DNA of 49,064 nucleotides, taken from positions 1 to 49,064 of the forward strand of contig JAKLHB010000001.1 in NCBI GenBank assembly GCA_022710345.1, written 5' to 3'. The number at the start of each line of letters is the position of its first letter. The first letter of the stretch is position 1. The position numbers were made by a program, and so were the translations under genes. This DNA is from Planctomycetota bacterium. GTDB lineage: Bacteria > Planctomycetota > Uabimicrobiia > Uabimicrobiales > JABWCH01. Shown piece after piece: positions 9,128 through 17,560 of this stretch. The notes under the pieces are model-generated. The model was not told the DNA's origin and did no database searches. It saw only the letters and a list, made by a program, of their open reading frames with translations.

Positions 9128-10243
9128 TTATTTTTTGATTTCTTTTTTTTCGAGCAGGGACTGATATATTCGAAGATAGTCTTTCATCATTTGAGCTTTC
9201 GTGTAATTTTCACGACACTTTTGCTGATTTTCAGCTCCAAGCCATTGGCAATGATCGAGGTGATCAACTAAATAAGCCAAACTTCGGGCGTATGCAACAT
9301 CATCGCCAAGAGGCAGTATAAATTCTCGATTAGGATGGCTTACTAGGTCACGAATATCCCCCACATCCGTGCTCAAAATCGCACATCCTGCAGCCATGGC
9401 TTCTACCATGCAGATAGGCATTTGTTCGCTATCTGAAGAAAGTGCAAAAATATCCATTTGCTTAAAAAATTTAGATGGATCTGGTGCATGGCCTAAGAAT
9501 TTTATTTGAGCAGCATGAGGGCCTTGTTGAGCTAACTGCTCCAACTCTTTTCTGGATGGCCCTTCACCAATGAGCCATAGCTCATGCCGTGCCTCAACAG
9601 GCAGGCGATTGAATGCTTGAATCAGCCGTCCAACATTTTTGACAGGCCTTAGACCTGAAACAAATCCAACTACAGCCGGACTGCCTGGCGTTTTTTTGTG
9701 TCGTTCTGTATAAAACTTAGCATAATCTATCCCATTAGGGACATAAAGCACTTTGGAAGAAGGTAGTTTCCATATATTTTTGGCTATGTTTTCTAATGTA
9801 TGAGAAGGGACAACCACACAATTGCAGTGTGGTAGGAATATACGCCGCGTCCAAATACGCAATGGTTTCTGGCGAAAAAATTCATCTTGATTAAAGCCAT
9901 CTTCGCTATGAATGATTGGGCAAACTGAGGCAAAACAATGGGCCATCACCCATTCAATAGCACCCCAGTTATATGTGAGCAACAAATTGGGTTTTATTTT
10001 TAAGAGAAATTTGCGAATTTCTAAAATATTGTGAAACGTTCGTTTCTTAGGAATTTGCCAATCTGAATACACAACAGGCAGGCTTGTAGGCAAACGATCT
10101 TTGCACGTGTAATCATTATCCATAGCTAAGATAGTATGGCGAAATGGAGTGCCTAAATTTTGAATGATGTCTGAGGTGCGGACTTGTGGTCCGCCTGTGC
10201 TAAATGTAGAAAAGACATGCAATAAATGCCATGATTCATCCAT
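9128..10243 (-). CDS. Glycosyltransferase, GT4/GT-B fold (paralog 1)
   Basis: C-terminal E-x7-E-like region (SSDSEQMPICMVEAMAAGCAILSTDVGD). Clear paralog of the adjacent gene. Confidence 0.8.
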   Translation of the reverse strand: MDESWHLLHVFSTFSTGGPQVRTSDIIQNLGTPFRHTILAMDNDYTCKDRLPTSLPVVYSDWQIPKKRTFHNILEIRKFLLKIKPNLLLTYNWGAIEWVMAHCFASVCPIIHSEDGFNQDEFFRQKPLRIWTRRIFLPHCNCVVVPSHTLENIAKNIWKLPSSKVLYVPNGIDYAKFYTERHKKTPGSPAVVGFVSGLRPVKNVGRLIQAFNRLPVEARHELWLIGEGPSRKELEQLAQQGPHAAQIKFLGHAPDPSKFFKQMDIFALSSDSEQMPICMVEAMAAGCAILSTDVGDIRDLVSHPNREFILPLGDDVAYARSLAYLVDHLDHCQWLGAENQQKCRENYTKAQMMKDYLRIYQSLLEKKEIKK

Positions 10244-10291
10244 GCCATGCTCCTTGCTCTCTTAATTTTTAGCTAACTTTATATTTCATAA

Positions 10292-11380
10292 TTAGTTAAT
10301 AAATTTTTGATAAAGTTTTTGATATTCTTGCATCATCTTGCTCATCGTATATTTTTGTCCACACTGTTTTTGGTTTTCAAGACCAAGCTTTTGGCATACA
10401 TCTAAATGCTCTGCTAAATAACTTAAAGCATCAGCATAAGCATCTTCATCGCCTAAAGTTGTGATAAATCTTTGATTTGCTGGGTGCACCATATGGCGAA
10501 TATCGCCTACATCTGTACTGAGGATAGCGCAGCCGGCTGCCATAGCTTCTAAGATACAAATGGGCATTTGCTCACTTTCAGAAGAAAGAGCGCAAATGTT
10601 CATTTGTTGGAACAATGGGGCAGGATATTCCATATGCCCTAGAAATTTGATTTTGGCAGAATGAGAGCTTTGGCATGCTAGTTGTTGCAAGCGAGATCGT
10701 TCTATACCATCACCGATGATCCATAATTCATGCTGCGAGCTTGCAGGCAGCCGATTGAAGGCGTGGATCAATCGGGAAATATTTTTTACTGGTTTTAAGC
10801 CAGCAACAATGCCAATGATTGCTGGTGAACCTAGAGGCTTTGCTTGCCGTTGACTATAGAATTGATCATAATCAACTCCATTCGCAATATATTGAACTTT
10901 ATCCTCCGGCAATTTCCATGATTCCTCTGCGATTTGCTTTAAGGTATAAGATGGTACAACCACACAATCACAGTGTGGCAAAAATAGGCGACGTATCCAA
11001 ATACGACGTTGCTTTTGCTTTTTTAATTCATCTTCTCGAAACCCATCTTCAGTATGAATGATTGGGCAGATTCGGGTAATATAATGTGCCATTACCCATT
11101 CAATTGTTCCCCAATTATGAGTAAGCAATAAATGTGGCTTTGTTTTTAACAAAAATTTTCGAATTTCCAAAACATTGCGCAAGGTTCGCCTTTTAGGAAC
11201 TCGCCAATCTGAATACACAATAGGTATATTTAGGCCTAGCCGGCTGCTGCAACTATAATCGTCCTCCATGGCAATAATGGTATGGGAAAAGTTGGTGTCT
11301 AACTTTTGAATGATGTCTGCTGTACGAGCTTCAGCACCGCCTATACCAAATGTCGGGAAAACATGGAGTAAATGCTTCAT
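10292..11380 (-). CDS. Glycosyltransferase, GT4/GT-B fold (paralog 2)
   Basis: SSESEQMPICILEAMAAGCAILSTDVGD. Collinear with 9128-10243 along its whole length. Confidence 0.8.
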   Translation of the reverse strand: MKHLLHVFPTFGIGGAEARTADIIQKLDTNFSHTIIAMEDDYSCSSRLGLNIPIVYSDWRVPKRRTLRNVLEIRKFLLKTKPHLLLTHNWGTIEWVMAHYITRICPIIHTEDGFREDELKKQKQRRIWIRRLFLPHCDCVVVPSYTLKQIAEESWKLPEDKVQYIANGVDYDQFYSQRQAKPLGSPAIIGIVAGLKPVKNISRLIHAFNRLPASSQHELWIIGDGIERSRLQQLACQSSHSAKIKFLGHMEYPAPLFQQMNICALSSESEQMPICILEAMAAGCAILSTDVGDIRHMVHPANQRFITTLGDEDAYADALSYLAEHLDVCQKLGLENQKQCGQKYTMSKMMQEYQKLYQKFIN

Positions 11381-11462
11381 AAACTTTCCTATCTAAACTC
11401 CTATTGTGCAACGATGAAAATAGGATTACAAGATAAGCTTAAAGAATACATGTAGGCTAATC

Positions 11463-11490
11463 ATTATAGAAAAGCATTGCCAATATACAA
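11463..11490 (-). promoter_or_regulatory. sigma70-like promoter for the glycosyltransferase pair (TTGTAT-16-TATAAT)
   Basis: Minus-strand ttgtat (11490-11485), 16-nt spacer, tataat (11468-11463). About 80 nt upstream of the ATG at 11380. Read by eye only. Confidence 0.3.
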
Positions 11491-11539
11491 GAAAAATTCT
11501 GCGTATAATCTGTTTTTGGATTTTCAAAAATTCGTTTTT

Positions 11540-12598
11540 TTAATGTGAGTCTGGCTGCACTAATTCAAAATAACGAGTGATGGCTTTTCGATGTTGCAAG
11601 GAGACCTGCCACTTTTGTAAATACTGTTCAGCTTTTCGTTGGAAATCACGATATTGGAGTGGTGTTTGGCTGGTTGTGGTGTTTTCCTCTTGGCCAGCAG
11701 GGAGTTGAATTGTTTGCGACTCCATCCATGAAGCTCCTTGCCCAAACAATGGTTGAATTGATTGAGGCTGAAACCTAGGATTTTGCAAAGGGTTACATCT
11801 GGGATTTTGTTGTCTTTCCTGAGATTTCCTTGGTAATGACTGATCAGAATGATCTACTTGATCTGCTAAAGCCGGGGGTGGCTTTTTTGTCTCGACTTGA
11901 GCTGGAGTATCTACCGGAGTTGGCTTTTTTGTCTCGACTTGAGCCGGAGTTGGCTTTTTTGTCTCGACTTGAGCTGGAGTATCTACCGGAGTTGGCTTTT
12001 TTGTCTCGACTTGAATTGAAGTATCTGCCGGAGTTGGCTTTTCTGTCTTCTCGACTTGAGGCAGGTTGGCTACTGAACTCGGGTTTGCTTGCCCTAAATT
12101 TAGTGGTATTAAATGCCAACTCAGCCAAAGAATCAACCAAAAAACTAAAATCCACGATTCTTTTTGCCAAATAAATATTTTTTTCTTTGATCGAAATTGT
12201 TTTAAATATTGGGCAGCTTCTTGTAAAACCAAGTCTGTTGCCAAAGAACGTGGATGGTTGATAAAAAAGAATGCTGTGGTAATTAAATCAGGAAGTTGGG
12301 CTTCTTGATCCAAAGACTGAGCAACTTGCAATAGAGATGGGGCACACGACAATGCTTGGAGCAGAGCATACACGAGTGCTGCACATAGACCTCCGAACAT
12401 CCACCAATCTGGCAGTAAAAAATTAGGCTTGATTAATAACCAATCTAACCCGATGAGAGCATAAAGAATGACTAAAAAAACACTAGATGGCCAGCTAAAC
12501 CGAATCAAGAATGCCCAATAAATTTGGAAAAAATCTCGTAGGAGTGCTTGCCACCTTTGCTCAGAGAGTTTTTTCAAGACAATTTCGTACTCTACCAT
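11540..12598 (-). CDS. Hypothetical membrane protein with Pro/Thr/Lys-rich tandem repeats
   Basis: Several hydrophobic helices in the N-terminal half, then KKPTP(VDTP)AQVET repeats. The start could be 12598 (MVEYE) or 12631; both overlap the maf stop. Confidence 0.6.
   Translation of the reverse strand: MVEYEIVLKKLSEQRWQALLRDFFQIYWAFLIRFSWPSSVFLVILYALIGLDWLLIKPNFLLPDWWMFGGLCAALVYALLQALSCAPSLLQVAQSLDQEAQLPDLITTAFFFINHPRSLATDLVLQEAAQYLKQFRSKKKIFIWQKESWILVFWLILWLSWHLIPLNLGQANPSSVANLPQVEKTEKPTPADTSIQVETKKPTPVDTPAQVETKKPTPAQVETKKPTPVDTPAQVETKKPPPALADQVDHSDQSLPRKSQERQQNPRCNPLQNPRFQPQSIQPLFGQGASWMESQTIQLPAGQEENTTTSQTPLQYRDFQRKAEQYLQKWQVSLQHRKAITRYFELVQPDSH
11879..12060. repeat. In-frame tandem DNA repeat (42-bp and 30-bp units) inside the membrane-protein gene
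   Basis: ggagttggcttttttgtctcgacttgag(ctggagtatctacc) is repeated about 4.5 times. It encodes KKPTPVDTPAQVET / KKPTPAQVET. Confidence 0.85.
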
Positions 12599-13227
12599 GT
12601 TTGCATTCTCAATGAGGTGACTCGCTCCCATTCTTGGATAAATTGGCGCACTAAGTCCACAGGAAGCCCAACAACATTATCCCAAGGGCCATCCAAACGT
12701 TGCACAAACCGATCTGCTGTTTCTTGGATTGCGTATGCTCCTGCTTTGCCCATGGCTTCTCCTGAGTTAATGTAGTCATGAATTTCAAGATCGCTCATAG
12801 GTCTCATTGTTACATAAGTTTCTGCATATCCAATTAACCCTTGATTCCAGGCCAATGGCCATAGACATACGCCGGTCAAAACACGATGTTTTTGCCGAGA
12901 TAAACGCCAAAGCATGTCGTATGCATGCGAAGCATTTTCTGGTTTCCCCAGGATTTCGTTATGCAAAGCCACAATGGTATCTGCGGATAGAATCAAAATT
13001 TTTTCCCTCTGCTGTGGCGAATATTGAAAAAAAACTTGCTTGAACACTTGCTCAGCTTTTTGCCTAGCCAATTCTTGCACTGCCACAGATGGAATCCAAG
13101 ATGGATTAATTTTTTCTTCGATTTGCGGAGCTATGCTTTGAAATTGGAACCCTGCTTCTCGAAGAAGTTGGCTACGTCTAGGGGATTGAGATGCTAATAT
13201 TAACTCAAAATCCATTGTCTGCTCCAC
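12592..13227 (-). CDS. maf: Maf-like nucleoside triphosphate pyrophosphatase
   Basis: LILASQSPRRSQLL, ILSADTIV, GKAGAYAIQ motifs. Confidence 0.9.
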   Translation of the reverse strand: MEQTMDFELILASQSPRRSQLLREAGFQFQSIAPQIEEKINPSWIPSVAVQELARQKAEQVFKQVFFQYSPQQREKILILSADTIVALHNEILGKPENASHAYDMLWRLSRQKHRVLTGVCLWPLAWNQGLIGYAETYVTMRPMSDLEIHDYINSGEAMGKAGAYAIQETADRFVQRLDGPWDNVVGLPVDLVRQFIQEWERVTSLRMQTW

Positions 13228-13233
13228 AAAACA

Positions 13234-14748
13234 TTAGTTTTCACGTTCATCAAGTGCAGTTTCGTCGGTGTCGCTATCATCATCTAAATCAGCTTCTGAT
13301 TCAGAAACAAAATCATCTTGCTCGATTGCTCCTGATTGAGGCGCTTGTCTCCGGAATTGATTTGATTCTTGCTCAAGAGCTGCCATTTCAGCTTCACGTT
13401 CTTCTTTAGAAATACCTAATTTTTCAAATTCAGCTCGTTTACGCTCTTTGAAGAATAAACGCAAAGGCACTTCAGGAAAATTGAGCAAAGAACGTAATTG
13501 GCCAATCAAATATAATTCATACTTATGAGTGAATAACTTAGGATCGTTGACAAAAAGCACAAATGTAGGTGGGAAAACATCGGTTTGAGTGGCGTAATAA
13601 ATTTTGCCTTGTTTGCCCATGATTAAAGGCGGTGCTTTTTTGGCGTAACTCTGTTTAATGGCGCGGTTGACTTCTCCTGTGCTTACTCTGCGTTGCGATT
13701 GTTTGAAGAGATTTTTTGCTAAATCCAAGGTTGATTGGACATTTTTGCCATCTTTGGCTGTGATAAAGCTGATAGGAGCAAAATACAGATTAGGAAGAAG
13801 GCTGTCAATATAGCCTTGGTATTTACTGGTAGGAATATCCGGGACCAAATCCCACTTATTGATCACAATAATTACAATTTTATTTTCTTCGACAATATAA
13901 TTGGCAATTTCTTTATCCACACGATCAATCTTTTGTGTGGCATCTATCATAAAAATAACCACATCAGCTCGCCGAATGGAGCGTTGAGAGCGATGTTGGC
14001 TGTAATATTGAATGTTGTCTCCCAAGTTCTTGCTGCGTTTGATTCCTGCTGTATCAATGGCGATCAACAATTGTCCATCTTTTTCAAAATACACATCTAC
14101 AGAATCTCTTGTGGTACCTGGAATTTCAGATACAATCATACGCTCTTCTTGAGCTAATACATTGATAAATGTAGATTTACCGCAATTTGGTTTTCCAACC
14201 ACTGCGATTTTCAATTGCACTTCATCAGGCACCACAATTGGAAATGGTTGCAAAAATTCAGTAATTTTAGCTTGCAATGTTTCCAATCCATAGCGTTCTT
14301 GCGCTGAAACAAAAATAGGCAATCCAAAGCCTAATTTGCGGAACGCTTCGCCTTCCATCTCCAATTGATAATAATCTGTCTTATTCGCAAGTAACCAAAT
14401 TCTCTCCAAGTTTTTAAATTTTCGCAAAAGCTCAGCTACGTGAATATCTAATGGCATAACGCCTTCTTTAACATCCACTAAGAACAAAATAAGATCAGCT
14501 TGACGAAGAGCGATTTGGATTTGATGCTCAATTTCTTCATCCAATCGAAGTTCATCTACAATTCCAATACCGCCTGTGTCCACCAATTCACAGTAATGAT
14601 TTCCAAATGAAGCAACCGCTGTCACACGATCTCTGGTGACACCACTAGTAGGATCAACAATGGAAATCTTTTTGCCTGCCAATTGATTGAATAAAGAAGA
14701 TTTGCCAACATTTGGCCTTCCACAAATTGCAATAATAGGTAATTTCAT
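13234..14748 (-). CDS. der: Ribosome-associated GTPase Der/EngA with acidic C-terminal tail
   Basis: Two G domains (GRPNVGKSSLFN...DTGG...NKTD and GKPNCGKSTFIN...DTAG...NKWD), a KH-like domain, and an Asp/Glu-rich extension. The start is probably MKLPIIAICG at 14748. Confidence 0.95.
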   Translation of the reverse strand: MKLPIIAICGRPNVGKSSLFNQLAGKKISIVDPTSGVTRDRVTAVASFGNHYCELVDTGGIGIVDELRLDEEIEHQIQIALRQADLILFLVDVKEGVMPLDIHVAELLRKFKNLERIWLLANKTDYYQLEMEGEAFRKLGFGLPIFVSAQERYGLETLQAKITEFLQPFPIVVPDEVQLKIAVVGKPNCGKSTFINVLAQEERMIVSEIPGTTRDSVDVYFEKDGQLLIAIDTAGIKRSKNLGDNIQYYSQHRSQRSIRRADVVIFMIDATQKIDRVDKEIANYIVEENKIVIIVINKWDLVPDIPTSKYQGYIDSLLPNLYFAPISFITAKDGKNVQSTLDLAKNLFKQSQRRVSTGEVNRAIKQSYAKKAPPLIMGKQGKIYYATQTDVFPPTFVLFVNDPKLFTHKYELYLIGQLRSLLNFPEVPLRLFFKERKRAEFEKLGISKEEREAEMAALEQESNQFRRQAPQSGAIEQDDFVSESEADLDDDSDTDETALDEREN

Positions 14749-14837
14749 AGCATCCATGCAGAGGATCCATAGCATAATGAATCGCTATATATCCTCTGTC
14801 TTTTTGTTAACAGAATAGAAATAGCTATCTATAGCCT

Positions 14838-14865
14838 ACAAAAATGGCTCTGCTGGAGCAGAGCC
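14838..14865 (-). terminator. Rho-independent terminator after htrA
   Basis: ggctctgc-tgga-gcagagcc hairpin, followed on the minus strand by atttttg. Confidence 0.6.
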
Positions 14866-14926
14866 AAACTTATTAAATGTATAAGCAATATTTTAACAAA
14901 TTTTCTATGAAATGGCAAGGAAAATT

Positions 14927-16363
14927 TTATTTTCTTCTTGGTAATACGATATATTGCGAACCACGAGGAGTCACCAAGAGCATGACTACCAAGCTAGGTT
15001 CTTTTTCTAACGATGCTTTTAATTCAGACATAGTTTGTACTTTGATTTGATTCACACGAGCGATTACGCTTCCTTCTCGAATTCCATATTGTTCCGCAAC
15101 GCTGTTGGGTTGAATATTGGTAATGAGAAGGCCTGATTTAATGCGCAGCCTATATTGACGGGCTAGTTCAGGCGTGATTTCTCGAACTTCAATACCTAGT
15201 TCAGAAAGAGGTTGCATTCCGCCTGCATCATCGTCTCCAACATCTTCTTGCATATTCGCACGATCTAAATCCCCAATTGTAACTTCCAACGTAATTTGCC
15301 GATTTTCTCGAGCGATTTCCATGCGAACTTTTTTCCCAATGGCTGTGATAGCTACCAAATTACGCAATTGATTGGGGCTGTAAATGCTGGTTCCGTCAAA
15401 AGCCACAATAACATCGTCTTGTCTCAATCCAGCTTTCTCTGCAGGGCTATCTTTCATTACTTCGGTTACCAGAGCACCTTGTGATTGACTTAATCGTAAT
15501 CCTTTGGCCAATTCTGGAGTAATTTCCTGAATGCGTACACCTAACCAGCCTCTGCGTACTTTTCCATTGGCAATGAGTTGTTCCATCACACTACGAGCCA
15601 TATTGATTGGCACAGCAAATCCAATCCCTAGATTTCCACCTGTACGGCTTGCAATGGCTGTGTTGATCCCAATGATTTCTCCATGCAAGTTCACCAAAGG
15701 GCCGCCAGAATTGCCTGGGTTGACCGCAGCATCTGTTTGGATAAAATCTTCATATTCCACGATGCCAACATTCGCTCGACCCTTGGCACTGATAATTCCG
15801 GCTGTGACTGTTTGATTGAGCCCAAAAGGGTTTCCAATGGCCAAAACCCATTGTCCTACGGCAATTTTATCTGAATCGCCCATGGCTACAAAAGGCAAAT
15901 TTGTTCCTTCAATTTTGAGAACAGCAATATCTGTTTTCTCATCTGTCCCAATGATTTTTGCAGGAAATTCACGTTTGTCCGCAAGACGGACTGTCACCTG
16001 GTCAGCCCCTTGCACAACATGGTTGTTACTGAGGATGTATCCCTTGGGATCCACAATCACACCTGAGCCAAGGCCACGTTGCTCTGGTTCCCTATCCCTT
16101 GGCATAAAAGGAGGCCGTTCTCCAAAAAATCTTCGGAAAAATTCATCGCCAAAAAAATCATACATTGGATCACGCTCTGTTTCCCTGACCTTTTTGGTCA
16201 CCGAAACATTGACTACAGCAGGTGTCACTTTATTTGCTATTGTGGCAAATACTTTGGATTGTTCATCTAAGCGAGCAATGATCTGCTGTAAATTTTCATC
16301 CGAGGTCTGTGCCATCAAAGGGTAAATGGCAATAAAAAGTGCAAAAATAATGCAAATTTTCAT
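14927..16363 (-). CDS. htrA: Periplasmic serine endoprotease DegP/HtrA (trypsin domain plus two PDZ domains)
   Basis: Signal peptide MKICIIFALFIAIYPLMAQ, catalytic-triad context (NNHVV, DIAVLK, GNSGGPLVN), two PDZ-like regions. Confidence 0.95.
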   Translation of the reverse strand: MKICIIFALFIAIYPLMAQTSDENLQQIIARLDEQSKVFATIANKVTPAVVNVSVTKKVRETERDPMYDFFGDEFFRRFFGERPPFMPRDREPEQRGLGSGVIVDPKGYILSNNHVVQGADQVTVRLADKREFPAKIIGTDEKTDIAVLKIEGTNLPFVAMGDSDKIAVGQWVLAIGNPFGLNQTVTAGIISAKGRANVGIVEYEDFIQTDAAVNPGNSGGPLVNLHGEIIGINTAIASRTGGNLGIGFAVPINMARSVMEQLIANGKVRRGWLGVRIQEITPELAKGLRLSQSQGALVTEVMKDSPAEKAGLRQDDVIVAFDGTSIYSPNQLRNLVAITAIGKKVRMEIARENRQITLEVTIGDLDRANMQEDVGDDDAGGMQPLSELGIEVREITPELARQYRLRIKSGLLITNIQPNSVAEQYGIREGSVIARVNQIKVQTMSELKASLEKEPSLVVMLLVTPRGSQYIVLPRRK

Positions 16364-16590
16364 AACTTTCTGCCAGTGCTGTGACTCTTTCAGAGTGCCG
16401 CACTGCCTCCTAAACATCGAAGAAGTACTTCTTCAAAAGACATTGAAAAATAAGAAAACATCTTGTAATCATACTGCCATTTGGTATGTCTTAACTAGAC
16501 AAAAATACGAAAATTGTATTAGAATGTTTGAGATGAGGAATTATTGTACAAACCCAAGAAGAACTCTCGTATAAGATTGCACTGCAGCAA

Positions 16591-16831
16591 AGTTTTTTGC
16601 CGCGAAGCGGCTTGGGGATAAAGCCTGGGGTTTCTAACCCCAGGTTATGTCGAGTCTTATCGTGTCCTGATGGGACACAGGAAACCGTAGCATTCTATCA
16701 AAGAGAACTTTTATTTCCGAGCGAATTTTTATTTGATTGATACCAGAGGTTTCTGTAGTAACACGGAAAGCAAGTTTTACAATCCTTACAATAAAAATGC
16801 ATAATGCAAGTGCTTTATATGCTGAAACTTA
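16591..16831 (+). repeat. Structured repeat unit A (5'-diverged copy, long-tail subtype)
   Basis: Near-identical to 16999-17238. Hairpins gccgc-gaa-gcggc (16599-16611), cctgggg-tttctaa-ccccagg (16624-16644) and gtgtcc-tgatg-ggacac (16662-16678). Confidence 0.9.
16777..16805 (+). promoter_or_regulatory. sigma70-like promoter in the tail of repeat unit A (TTACAA-17-CATAAT)
   Basis: ttacaa at 16777-16782, 17-nt spacer, cataat at 16800-16805. The same arrangement recurs in unit B at 17184-17212. Confidence 0.35.
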
Positions 16832-16931
16832 CTGCGCTTCCCGATTGAATTCAATATAAAAATTAATATACTGTACCCAGGGTTGGTTTGCTCATTCTGG
16901 ATATTGTATTGAATCTGTTTGAGAAGCGCGG
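16832..16931. mobile_element. 100-bp MITE-like insertion with terminal inverted repeats and a TA duplication
   Basis: It interrupts the A|B junction, which is contiguous at the B|C junction (gaaactta|atatctc). Ends are ctgcgcttc ... gaagcgcgg (8/9 complementary), and ta flanks both sides (16830-16831 and 16932-16933). Confidence 0.6.
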
Positions 16932-16933
16932 TA

Positions 16934-17238
16934 ATATCTCTACTCGATGCCGTTGCATGGCCAGGACAAAAAAATTGTCATTTTGCCTTTTCTTTTGTGT
17001 TTTTTGCCGCGAAGCGGTTTGGGAATAAAGCCTGGGGTTTCTAACCCCAGGTTATGTCGACTCTTATCGTGTCCTGATGCGACACAGGAAACCGTAGCAT
17101 TCTATCAAAGAGAACTTTTATTTCCGAGCGAATTTTTATTTGATTGATACCAGAGGTTTCTGTAGTAACACAGAAAGCAAGTTTTACAATCCTTACAATA
17201 AAAATGCATAATGCAAGTGCTTTATATGCTGAAACTTA
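16934..17238 (+). repeat. Structured repeat unit B (full 305-bp unit, long-tail subtype)
   Basis: Starts atatctctactcgatgcc and ends gctgaaactta. Has the same three hairpins as unit A (17006-17017, 17031-17051, 17069-17085). Confidence 0.9.
17184..17212 (+). promoter_or_regulatory. sigma70-like promoter in the tail of repeat unit B (TTACAA-17-CATAAT), pointing into unit C and the island
   Basis: ttacaa at 17184-17189, 17-nt spacer, cataat at 17207-17212. Confidence 0.35.
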
Positions 17239-17447
17239 ATATCTCTACTCGATACCGTTGCATGGCCAAGACAAAAAAATTTGCCATTTTGCCTTTTCTT
17301 TTGTGTTTTTTGCCGCGAAGCGGTTTGGGAATAAAGCCTGGGGTTTCTAACCCCAGGTGTAGATGTGTCTTGCAGTGCCCTGAAGGGGCACCGGAAACTT
17401 CCTATAGCTCGAATCCTCATGTCTGCAGCGACAGAGAATCGCCCTAC
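17239..17447 (+). repeat. Structured repeat unit C (short-tail subtype), the left inverted repeat of the island
   Basis: 17245-17447 aligns to the reverse complement of 26615-26828. The first half is shared with A/B. The second half is a diverged version of the same hairpin architecture (gtgccc-tgaag-gggcac at 17375-17391). Confidence 0.9.
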
Positions 17448-17560
17448 AATATCTGGATACAGATTAAGGATTTTTTTAGTATATTCTAGCACAACAAGTT
17501 AGAATTTCCGAAAATCCACATAAGTGCAAGACTATTTTTTAATAGCAACCATGGAAAGCA

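Noticed and set aside
15816-16325. 169-aa plus-strand ORF and similar ORFs antisense to htrA, der, rny and the DUF499 gene
   Set aside because: They lie entirely within strongly supported opposite-strand genes. This is typical antisense ORF noise.
17337-17357. Hairpin cctgggg-tttctaa-ccccagg looks like a tRNA anticodon arm (7-nt loop, UCU)
   Set aside because: No acceptor stem, D arm or GTTCRANYC T-loop can be placed around it in any of the four copies, so it is not a tRNA or an obvious tRNA fragment.
16591-17447. Possible CRISPR array (the same question applies to 48639-49064)
   Set aside because: Units are 149-305 bp, directly abutting or separated only by a MITE-like insert. There is no alternation of short repeats with unique spacers, and no cas genes are nearby.
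16947-17489. Short ORFs inside the repeats sharing MAKTKKFAILPFLLCFLPRSGLGIKPGVSN (16947-17147, 17211-17489, and 26611-26811 on the minus strand)
   Set aside because: The similarity is just nucleotide identity of the repeat. The ORFs diverge or terminate differently after the shared part, they lack RBS, and the peptide overlaps the conserved hairpins.
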